From Lingula anatina (Eukaryota > Animalia > Brachiopoda), in NCBI GenBank assembly GCA_051362555.1, contig CM120649.1, positions 16,568,567-16,632,566 on the forward strand: a DNA stretch of 64,000 bases, given 5' to 3'. Made by a program: the position numbers and the translations under genes. Each line of letters begins with the position of its first letter. Position 1 is the stretch's first letter. Below, piece after piece: positions 34,950 through 45,600 of this stretch. The notes beneath the pieces are model-generated. The model searched no databases. It saw nothing but the letters and a program-made list of their open reading frames with translations, and had not been told where the DNA came from.

Positions 34950-35043
34950 TGTAACAAACCATGCCAGTCAAAGACCTCTGCTTCATCAGCATTAAAACCA
35001 TTTACTGACAAAAGCTTCATAAAAACATGCATGGTTTGTTACA
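34950..35043 (-). promoter_or_regulatory. Eukaryotic SECIS element in the 3' UTR of the DsbA/FrnE-like gene
   Basis: mRNA: UGUAACAAACCAUGC-AUGUUUUU-AUGAA-GCUUUUGUCAGU-AAAUGGUUUUAAU-GCUGAUGAAGC-AGAG-GUCUUUGACUG-GCAUGGUUUGUUACA. This gives a perfect 15-bp helix I, an AUGA/GA sheared core, an 11-bp helix II and apical AAA 12 nt above the core. Confidence 0.88.
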
Positions 35044-35247
35044 TCTGGAATGTAGGCATTCAATGGTCACATTGGTGCTACTGTTCCTTGCTATAAGCAG
35101 GGAATTCTACGATATACGATTTAATTCCTTCCTATAAGTGTCACATTCCATCAGTTAAATGTTCATATCAAGATTATATTATAACATTCATACAATTTGA
35201 ACAGCCAACATCTAGCAGTTTTTCATTTGTTCACTTTTAAGCCTAAT

Positions 35248-37217
35248 TTACATATTGGCAGAATTCTTTGCCACAATATCGAACATCTGTAGAAAAGCGG
35301 GAGGATCTTGTGCTCCTGAAAACGTTCTCTGTCCATTCATGTAGAAGCATGGGACCCCTGCAATATAGATCAAATTTAATGGTTCAATATGCAGTGCATA
35401 CATTCCTTATTCCTCAAAACAGTCAATTGTTCTATCAGAGATGAAAGTGGACCTTTTAAAAATCTTGAAAATGAAATTACTGAAGACAAAGCTCTACATG
35501 GTAGTTCTGGAAGTTGTACCCACCCCACCCCACCCCTCCACTGAAAAACTTTTTTCTCTGATCAATCAACCTGTTCAATAAATACATTCATAAAAATTCT
35601 TAATAAAATAACATAATTAGAGTTACGTTTTATATAACTGCTCACTTTTATTACTGTTTTACTAAATCTTTGAAGGAGAACGGGACAATCATTTAATGCT
35701 CACTGGAGTCAACTGGACACGTATTCATTTAAAAACTGATACACTGGACTTTTAGAGGGAAAACCAGACATACATACCTGTAACCCCTTTTCTTGACCAG
35801 CTTAAGGCCTTCTCTCTGGTGGCATCTATATTGTGCTGGTCTGTCACATAATTCCTCACCTCAGTCTCATCAAAACCCACCTCCCTGGCTATCCTCAGGA
35901 TTGCGTCCAAATTTGGCTGGATGCCATCTGTGAAGTAACTCTGGACAGATAAATATTTAAAAAAGACTTAAATAGAGCCCCACTTATTTCACTGGGTTTC
36001 TGAAAAGGTTAAATTGCTATCAGCAAGGCTCTCCTGCCTGAAGGTTTATTGCTTCAGGTGCACTTCAGCTTGGGCAGAAACTTGGGTAGACAATGCAGCC
36101 ATGCATGATAATATTTTTAAAACTTACAAATTTATATTGAGTTTTGACAAATTTTTCAAAGTAAAAGAGGTATGTCCCTGGAAAATTGTCTTCTGACAAG
36201 ATTTTTAAAGTCAACAATTCAACAGAGTTTTTGCTGTATAAATCATTTACGTAAACAGCTCAGTACTCAGTAAAATAGGAAGATACTATGCCATAAAATG
36301 GGTTAAAAATTTTAAATAACGTAACGAAACTCTACAAATTACATCTTTAAAACAAAATCAAAAGATGAACTTACACATAAGTCTAAAAAAGTGTAAACTG
36401 TTTGTTCATTAGCAAAATAATTCTAATCACCAAAATTATTCTCACCTTGAACAGGCGTTCAGCCACATCATTTTGTTCATTCCCTCCATTCACATTTTTG
36501 GCATACTCCTGAAGCACATGGGCAGGCAGTGTGTAGGGAAACCTGTCACTCTTGTAAGTGAAGTCAATGCCTACTGCTGCCCCTGCCTGGGTAAGATGAC
36601 CACTAGAAAATGTAAAACATTAAGATGAAGTGATACATGTACATGAAATACTACAGTACTGGGATATATACCAAAAAGGGGGGATTGGTAGTACGCAAAG
36701 AGAAGTTGTCTGGTGTAAATGTGAAGCCCATTTGTGAGTTTTTCTGCATGGATTAGGTACCCAAAACGACAGAAACTCTATGACAGTACAAAACACACAC
36801 TGAAAATTGCACCCCCCCCACACACACACACACATACACAAATCCACACCCCGCCAACTTCAATTCCAGGCGTGACAAAAATGGAAGTCCCCTAGGAACC
36901 GTAGTACGTTCTCCATCACTAACCCCAATACTTGAACTATAAACTGTACTTCTCATATACCGTACGGGACCCCGGACTTCCATTACTGTCCCACCAACAC
37001 TTCAAGCTTACCCAGTGGACTGTCTCATATGGGCCGGTTTCTCAATCCCTTCTGGTGGCATGTTGGGTCGGAGAAGGAAAGGTTCCCAGCGGACGCAGAA
37101 CTCGTAGCGGTCAGCCACGGCCTGCATCGCCGTCTCCAACTTTCTCTTCCCGACCCAGCACCACGGTCACATCACGTCGCTGACAACGTCGATCTTGATC
37201 AGCGGCTTCCCGCTCAT
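35248..37217 (-). CDS. DsbA/FrnE-like thioredoxin-fold selenoprotein (UxxC), 4 exons, 211 aa
   Basis: Exons 37217-37012, 36602-36446, 35940-35778, 35357-35248 (636 nt, phase-consistent): MSGKPLIKIDVVSDVM-U(TGA 37169-37167)-PWCWVGKRKLE...WEPFLLRPNMP...AGAAVGIDF...AERLFKSYFTDG...GVTGVPCFYMNG...FSGAQ...M*. The FrnE signatures SD..CPWC.VGKR, cis-Pro GVP and SGAQ are present, with a SECIS downstream. Confidence 0.92.
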
Positions 37218-38438
37218 TTCGTGGCCTTATCGAACTGGTTTGAACGCCAAAATACGCTTATTTGTCCGTATTGTCTCACCTTCCAGTCAGATATGGTTGT
37301 CACTGATGAAAAGTGCGAATAAATACTTAAAAAATGCTTTGTCATCCGCCAAGGGAATGTTGTTGTTTTGATCTAGGTCAAGGTCTCAAGATAAGCCCCG
37401 TTCGTGAGTTTTAACGTCACCTGGGTGAGCTGCCTGGATGATTTTCAAGCTTTTAAGATTGACAATATATTATAATATACACAACGAAAAATATATGGAA
37501 CTTAAACTAAGTCTTGTTTCAACTTGCTGATAAGCTTTAGAGAGCTATCATACAAGAAATAAGTAGATACTGGATTTGCTTCAGAGAAAAGCGGCTGACA
37601 CGAAACGAAACCATTAGATTTTTATAAAGGGCCTGCAGCTGTTTCGCGTCAGTGCATATACTGATCAATGTCGATGTCAGCCAAAACCACTGCCAAACGA
37701 TAGATTTGTTTTATTTTAAATTCGCTTTTTACGCAAATAAGACTTACAGTTTCATTTCAAAATTCATCGCGATGGGCTATTTTGTTTTTCTTTGTTTATA
37801 GGGCCTACTTGTTTGCTAAATTAAAAAAAAAGCGTATTATAATATTGATAACCATTCATAATCATGTCAGTTAACTTAAGAAAAAAGGGAAAACTTGATT
37901 CAAATATAACAAACTGATTAAAAAACGCAGACTTTAAAGTTTTAGTTTAAGTCTATCAAAAAGTCTGTAAATCTAGTGTAGCCTTTTATTAAAAAGGTGT
38001 GATTTGATTCCCCTTTAAAAGTGTCCGGACAGGTTATCTTCCGCAGTAATGTGGAGGCAAATTCCATTCCCCATGGTACATCTTTAAAAGAATCGTCACT
38101 GTACTGAGGTGCAGCAGAATTATAAAAAGCAGCGTGAAGCTTTTAAAAAAGGTTTTTAAAAAAGAAAGTCGTGCTCTTGTAAGTAATTTTTAAAAGTTTT
38201 TTTAGAAGGTATTGTTCAGTTCACAAAAATAACCCTCAGATAATGTTAATGGAGGCGCTTTCTTGTACATTCGACTCGTTTAATATTAATTTACATTTCT
38301 GGGTGTTATTTTTGTGAACTGAACAGAGGGCGAAACGCGTTAAAATCGGCTTGCGGGAGGCCGCCAATACAATGTCACCTGGGATATTGTCCGTGTCTAA
38401 AATATCTATTCAGAGTCCATGGTTATCTTAGCAACTTC

Positions 38439-40343
38439 TCATAATTCATATAATTTAATATGGCCTCCACTTTCCCCGACGACCAGTTTTCCAAGATGGT
38501 TAATAGCAACGTCTTTCGGCTTGAGCAGTCCATTATCTTTGTTTAAGAGAAAACACTTGAATTTCCCATCCGGTGACACCAGGTGTAAACGATGGTTGTT
38601 GAGGTCTGCTAGAATTATGTCTCCATTATCCAAGCAGCACGTGCCGCGTGGACCGTTAACCTGTCCGTCCCCATCACCCTGGGTACCATATTTGTATTTA
38701 AGCTTGAGAGTGGAATTGTACACACGAATGTGATCATCTCCGGGATTTGAGACTATGACGTCGCCATTCACGTTACAGTGAACGTATTTGAAATATTTAC
38801 CACGTGGGTCTGGTGTTGTCTGCAGGACCTTGCCATCCTTGTGGTGTACAGTCAGATTATAACAACCTGCCACTACATAGTGACCCTTGCTGTTGACCGC
38901 TACTGCTTCTGGTGATTTACTGTAGAATGTTCTCACCTGGTCCCCTGTCTTGGTGTAGACAATAATTTCATTTGACCCCTGACATCTAGTGACAATGTTA
39001 CCAGCATCATCAATGGCAATCCCACCAAACGCGTCATTTTCTGCTGTTTTTGGGTTTGGAATTGTGCCCTGTAGGACAAAGGTGTTATCGTAGATGTGGA
39101 TTCTATTCCGTAAATTGTCCTTATCACACCAAATACCAATAAGGGTGTCACCATTTGCATCGATGGTCACGTGACTGATCACCTCCTCATGAAATTTGTC
39201 CAGTTCTATTTTGAATGATCTCACTAGTCTTCCACTCCCAGCGGGAACCACCTCACCAAGGCAATTGTGGACACTGGTAACGCACTCCTCCATGTCGTTG
39301 GTGTTAAGCTGTAGCTGGGTCAAAGCTGCAGGCAGTTTCGGGATGTCGAGAGTTTGGAGGCTGTTGCTGCTTTGCTCACAGGCGGAGGCCATTTGCAGGA
39401 TATCCATATCGTTCCCATGGTTAATAAGCTTTCTGAAGAAGTCTAGAACGTCGTTAACTTGCTTTTGGTCGGCGGCAGCAGTTGCAATTAAAGCATTAAA
39501 AACTTTTAGTTTAGCGTCCGACTTGGCATCTATTTCTTCCAGAAGATCCTCGGCACGTTGACGGACCATCTTAACTACTAGCTCCAATTGCTTGTTAACT
39601 TGGCTCTTTGCCTTTTTTCTTTCCTGTTCTACTGATGTTTTTTGGTCTTCAGCAGCGGTTTTGATCTGATCATAGAGTGCACTTTTCTTCTCGATCGGCC
39701 TCACGTGGAGTTCTAGTTTTTCCTTGCGTTTGGCGACAGCAGTTTTGATTCTTAGGCAATCATGATCTTTGTGTTCTAAAACCATACAACCAACGCAGAT
39801 GAACTTTTTACACACTGGGCAGAATATTTCTACGGGGTCCTTGTTGTTGTGGTCACAAAGGATGTTTTGTTGGGCCCGAAGCTCTTTTGCGTATTCGTCG
39901 CTGTCAAACTGGTCGACAGGAAACAGTTTGTGGTCACGATTTAACTTATGAAGTACATGTTCCGAAGAACAATCACCACACATACTTTCCTCACAGTCCA
40001 AACAACGTTTTGTTGCCGTTGGTGGATTGCCGACCTTTCTCAGACAACATACCTCGCATTTTTTGGCATTTTTTGCCTTTTCTACCTGGCCAAGTGTGTG
40101 TGATATGCTGACCAGAAGGTGGTTTGTTTGTAAACTGCTAACACCGCCCCCAGGGAGGTCCCACTGACGTCTACAGATAGGACAAGGGAAGCGAGGCTGA
40201 CCTCGGAAATTTCTGTCCAAATGGTCTTGTAGACAATGCTGGCAAAAGGTATGTGTACAGCCGAGGACCTTGGGCTCTTTAAACTTTTCAAGGCATATGC
40301 TGCACGTTAGGAAATCTTCCGTTAGGATTTTAGACATAGACAT
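38439..40343 (-). CDS. TRIM-NHL E3 ligase (RING, B-box1, B-box2, coiled coil, NHL propeller), single coding exon, copy A
   Basis: C3HC4 RING CSIC...CTHTFCQHC...CPIC, B-boxes CEVC..CLDC..MCGDC and FCPVC..ICVGC..H..H, coiled coil, NHL-type repeats (PEAVAVN, PRGTC, PKDVAIN). TRIM2/3/71-like but without an obvious filamin domain. Confidence 0.92.
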   Translation of the reverse strand: MSMSKILTEDFLTCSICLEKFKEPKVLGCTHTFCQHCLQDHLDRNFRGQPRFPCPICRRQWDLPGGGVSSLQTNHLLVSISHTLGQVEKAKNAKKCEVCCLRKVGNPPTATKRCLDCEESMCGDCSSEHVLHKLNRDHKLFPVDQFDSDEYAKELRAQQNILCDHNNKDPVEIFCPVCKKFICVGCMVLEHKDHDCLRIKTAVAKRKEKLELHVRPIEKKSALYDQIKTAAEDQKTSVEQERKKAKSQVNKQLELVVKMVRQRAEDLLEEIDAKSDAKLKVFNALIATAAADQKQVNDVLDFFRKLINHGNDMDILQMASACEQSSNSLQTLDIPKLPAALTQLQLNTNDMEECVTSVHNCLGEVVPAGSGRLVRSFKIELDKFHEEVISHVTIDANGDTLIGIWCDKDNLRNRIHIYDNTFVLQGTIPNPKTAENDAFGGIAIDDAGNIVTRCQGSNEIIVYTKTGDQVRTFYSKSPEAVAVNSKGHYVVAGCYNLTVHHKDGKVLQTTPDPRGKYFKYVHCNVNGDVIVSNPGDDHIRVYNSTLKLKYKYGTQGDGDGQVNGPRGTCCLDNGDIILADLNNHRLHLVSPDGKFKCFLLNKDNGLLKPKDVAINHLGKLVVGESGGHIKLYEL

Positions 40344-41270
40344 GGTTCCTTAGACCAATATCTTGAAATGTAAGAATGGAAGATATGGATTAAATGATAA
40401 AGATTTGGTAATTGAGGTAAATACACAGCATTAATATTTTTATTTAGAAATGCATTTAGTGTAATGTATGAGATTTAATGTTTAGATGAAATAAGGAAAT
40501 TACCGACTACGACAGACGTGTGGAGGTCGCCGTTAGCCCCTCATTATGGGGTGTATATTACAATACTTTTTTAAGCCACTAAGATAAGAGGAATACGGCA
40601 CGAACACCACACCGATGTATGTTTTTACCGCCCTACTTATAGACACAGACTGTTTTCACCGCCAACCCAGTATGGTTTCAAATTTCGAATTACCTCTGAG
40701 CTTCCTTACTCCAAAAATATTTCTCTTGGTGGCAGGTACTCGCCCCTAGTCGCCGTTTAGATGTGTTGTCTCTCTTGACATGTACACCTGGTCAGGTGAG
40801 ACGTTCAGTGTTAAGGAGACTTCAAAGTTATCTTAATCAGCAATATGGCGCTATCTCTATGCACAACAGAGACGTGGTGACATATATTTCATCGCTGTTA
40901 TCTGACCGAATTCACTTGAGTACACTGATAAAACTGACCTAGTGCAAGTGTTGTATAAAATATATTTAGTACAGCGGTTGGATACAGGGACATGTACAGT
41001 ATAACAGTGACAAGCATGAGCCCTTTAGCTAAATGCTGTATTGCGGATTAAGAAATTATATTTTGATATTTGAGATGACTATGAGATTTAACATCAGTAC
41101 ATTTTCGGTGATAGTATTGAGGTAGACAGAGGAGTCGTCATATGAATATATTGTCGGCTACACGTTTGTGTTTTATGTTGAACATTTTGGTTTAGATTGG
41201 GAACTCGGAATGTCTCAACAACCGCAATCTACCCAGCATACACCCTTACGCATTATATCTTAGCCTACAG

Positions 41271-41520
41271 TGCCTGGTTGCCCCAACGGTTCGTAACTCG
41301 GGCGTAGCAGTTGCGCCCGAGTAACTTCAGCGCAAAACGATGCGCCCGAGAAAAGACAGTGGCACCAAACTGGAGTAGTGTTTACGCCAGTCTTAACCTA
41401 GTCGTAAATTTACGCCTGCCATGTCGGTCGTAGCTCGTAGGGAGAGTAAAACTGGCGCAGGACGCCAGGCGTTGCGGTATACGATAGTCGTATCCGAGCA
41501 AATTTATGTGCAACAGGGCC
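41271..41520. mobile_element. Harbinger-like MITE, 3-bp TSD CAG, present only in duplication unit A
   Basis: CAG|TGCCTGGTTGC...GCAACAGGGCC|CAG; the paralogous site near 57980 lacks the insert. Confidence 0.6.
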
Positions 41521-41901
41521 CAGATGATCGTGTTATACACGGTTGCCCGTTCCTGATTGAGATAAAAAGGCTTTTATTAAAACATGGAACTTTACGGGTA
41601 CTTTACGGGTAACTCCAAATAAAAGACTTTCAACATACTCAGTAATCTTGAAATATTCTGACTGGCTTTCAGAAGTCGCCAGATAAAGGCGTGTAGAAAA
41701 GTATAGCTGCGGAGGAATAACTTAGATGCGTTCTCAGTGAAGCTATGTTTCTGAGGTGAGACATGCATGACTTAGAATTTTGGTGCCAATCCGTATTATT
41801 GGCGCGGTATATTTGCTTTAATTCAAATTTGTTGGTGGGTTAAGGTCCTATTTGTTAATAAGGTGCTTTTTTTTTTTTTTTTTTAAATATTTGCACGGTT
41901 G

Positions 41902-41939
<38 letters not shown>

Positions 41940-42264
41940 GTAAATATTTTTGGATTTTTTCTTTTTGCTGTCTGGTGACTGTACATTTGCCAACTTTGCT
42001 GTCTAGTTTAATGGCTCACATAAATTGAATAAATTTTTCAATTCAAAGCTAGATTATTTATTGATTCAGCAATTACTCAATGGTAATCAATTTTTTTGAA
42101 CAGTTATTTAAAAATGATAGTTTATCAAATTTAACTTAAATTGTCTTTATTCAGTCAAAAGTGTTTTTCAATATTTAATTGCTATAAAGCAAAGGAATAA
42201 AATTGAACGAAAATAAATAAAATCAAAATAATGTCAGCATGGCACGGTATGTATCGCGTGGACA

Positions 42265-42311
<47 letters not shown>

Positions 42312-42498
42312 ATGAAAGATATGCGTTGTGCGTTTCATTCCAATTAAGCAAGTAAATTTTTCTTCTCAGACAAATAATATATTGTTGCGTACCTGAGATA
42401 ATTTTGTAGATTTCATATAATAAAGCAAATGTGATAATCACAGTAAATGATATTAAAAACGAAATTATATCGGAGCACCGTAAGTTCTTTTCATACGT

Positions 42499-42614
42499 TT
42501 ATTCTTCGTCGGAAGGACATCTTTCGTACGCTTCACCAGCAGATTTTACTTCCTAGAATACAGAACAGAACAATATAAGGTTTCTTTAGCCAATCTAAAA
42601 TTATTCCTGCAAGA

Positions 42615-42648
<34 letters not shown>

Positions 42649-45600
42649 ATGTAAACAAAAAAGGATTAATATAAAGGTGACAAACGGCATGCTACACTGT
42701 ACAAACGGTAGACTATTCCAACTGCAGAAGAATTTGTTGTTTACGGGAAAGTGAATATGGAAAAAGCAATAACTTTTCTACACTTACCGTACAATTCGCT
42801 GGTACTGGATGAAAAACCATTATCAGACACAAACATGCGAATATGATACACACGAAGGCAACCATGTAACACCCCCTACAATGTGTACAGATAGGCCAAA
42901 GTGAATAGAAACGTGTAAATGAATAAACATATAAATATATACTCCGTATATGAAAAAAGGGGCGGACTTCACTAAAAATCCAACCTTTTCAGAAGCAATG
43001 GGCATTTAGGGTTGCAATTGTCCCTTCTCATGGGTAATAAGCCCATAGATTAAAATATGTGAGTATTTAGGCCCATGTTCAAAGTTTATACCGTCACAAA
43101 GCCAACAAAGAAAATCGAAACTGACAAGGGATCAGAATAACAGATTTAACGTCAGAATAACAAATTAGTAGGCCCATCTCTGAACAATCTTACCATTCAA
43201 ACGTCGTAGCGGCCATAAGTGCACCAGTACCTGACGTACCTTAAAGATAACATTATGGATTAACACTTTGTTCTACTCAAACAGAGAAAGAGAGAGAGAT
43301 TCTCTTTCAACTAATTGGATAAGGTAGGCCCTACTGTTATTCTAACGATTTAAATGTAATCTTCTGTTTTAAGAGAAAGGTTGACTTCTGTAGAGGTACC
43401 TTGAGTAAAATACGAAAGGAAACCTTAGTTTAAGAAACACTCCGACTCATAAATTGACAGAACTTTTGACACCTGTTGTACAAGTTAAGCTATACCCACC
43501 CACAGCGAACCCCAGAGACAACATGGCGCTGGAAAGTCCGAGCACCTGAGCTATCTCGGAGTTGTGACGTAGTTCCACGAGGTTGGTTACTATGGGCGAC
43601 ACGACTGTCATCACAAAGGCAAATCCAGCACACAAGATACAGTTCGGTGCCAGAGCTTCCCAAACACTCCTCGTCCATGGGTACTATTAAAGCGAAAATA
43701 CACTCAATAAGCAGGTGCAGTTTCGGTTTCTTGTTTTTTCATGAAGGTGTGTGTGTGAGAGAGTTAAACTTTTAAATTCAACGTGAGCCAATCTTGTCTT
43801 CTGGACACATTAAATGAAGCAGCAAAACACTTTTAATAAATAAATAAATAAATAAATAAATTTTACAGAAGAACTTGAGAACAAAGTTGCACGTCCAAAA
43901 AAATTAGTCTATAGGCTAACACCTGATTTTGGGCTAAAGTTCTTTTCAGATATAAGCCCCTAAGCTTTTCCGGGAGGTAAACTTACCGAAATATACGCAG
44001 TTACGGATAACAGCAGTCCTGATACAGCTAAAATCCAACTGAAAACATATAACGAAAGATGGTTTAAGACCTCATAAAGAGGCAATTGTGAAACTATACC
44101 ACAGCATACGATGTAATACGCATATTAACTGTATACTTCAACAGTTTAAGTTGAGAGAATTAAAGCTGTCATTTCTGGAAGTCATATATAACACTATTAA
44201 TGCTGCTAATCTGAACGGTGAATGAGGTCATTCAAGCGAGCTTTCAAAGACCGCATTCGCAACCAAAATTGGTCAGAAACAGATCCGCGGATCAAATATG
44301 GCCGACCCCCCCTGAAAGTTAAGTGCGTAATCCCCGCGGGGAATCTATTCAGTGTCTATGCGAGGATTGTGCAGCAGGCTTTCAAGCGGGTCGGCCATAT
44401 TTGATCCGCGGATCTGTTAGTCCACTGATCAGCTTGTTCTGAATGATCCCAAAGACTTCTGCGTGTACAAAAATCAAAGATCTGTTTCAATCACCCGCAA
44501 AGAAAAAAAAAGAAAGTAACTTCGTGTACATATCAGTTATGTTAAAAAGAGAAAACCGCCTACTTATCCACTATGCTTGATAGTCGCTTTACAACTTCTT
44601 GCATTATAAGCTGGGCCACTCCTGAGACCAAAAATAATACACCTGAAAATACAGAAATGGGTCCATTTGACTGGTCATGGTACATGGTAAAAAGAAAGCT
44701 CGCTCTTAAATTAAAAAAAAAAAAACTTTTAAGGCTCTAAGTTTTGAAGAATGTGATGTACGGGTAATATATCCCCTGTATTTTGATATTTCATCGTATC
44801 ATATAAGTAAGTATTCCCTACTTGTTAATGTCTGTAGTTTGATCAAATAATAAATATTCTCAATTTTCTTTTTAGAAAATTACGTTCTTTAACAAAATCG
44901 TGGGGAAAAAATAAAAGTTCAAATCCAAGGTTGCATTAAGATTGTGAATATAAGACTTCCCATCCAAGTCCAATAAACACTGTGAAGGCTTGGAAATTTG
45001 TGAAGTGTGTAGAAATATAAATACGAGCCACATGCAATGAAATGGCATCTCTCAATACCGCCTCTGTGACGACTCAATGCGTTGGAATTAATTGAATGTT
45101 CTAGTATCCTTATAACTATTCGTGTCTAAATTTCGTTTAGATTTTAAATAAACTCCACTTTCAAAATGACATCTCTTAATTCCGGGTCTTTGGCCACTTT
45201 CCATATGAACCCAGTAATTACATCAGTAATAAACCAGGGCAAGTCAAGTTGTAATTCAAATGCGGTGCACCTACCTATTTGCCACTCCTGTGCTCCTCTC
45301 TGTAAGAGCCACGGTGGCGCCATTGCTAGTATTGGGGAGTAGGCAAATTCAGTGACGAAGGCCAAACCTACAAAGAAGGATTTTTTTCAAGGTCCCTTCT
45401 GCCCGTATATCAAGAGTATGCAATATATAATCTGCAATAGCACTGTTACAAAAGGAATAAATGTACATCATAAAATGTTCCAAGGGAGTGGCGCGAAAAC
45501 ACTAACTGACAGAAACATTAATAGCAGTGTCTGAATAATTAAAAGGATCGGTAAGAAATTATTAATATTGATAAGTTGGCTAAGGAGCAGCGACACGGTT

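Noticed and set aside
35248-37217. FrnE-like gene as a pseudogene or recent bacterial transfer
   Set aside because: The only stop is a TGA at the catalytic Cys position, and there are three canonical introns and a eukaryotic SECIS.
38419-40291. Antisense and alternate-frame ORFs over the TRIM genes (also 54814-56695) and over DIRS
   Set aside because: Shadow ORFs of real coding sequence; their presence in both copies follows from the duplication.
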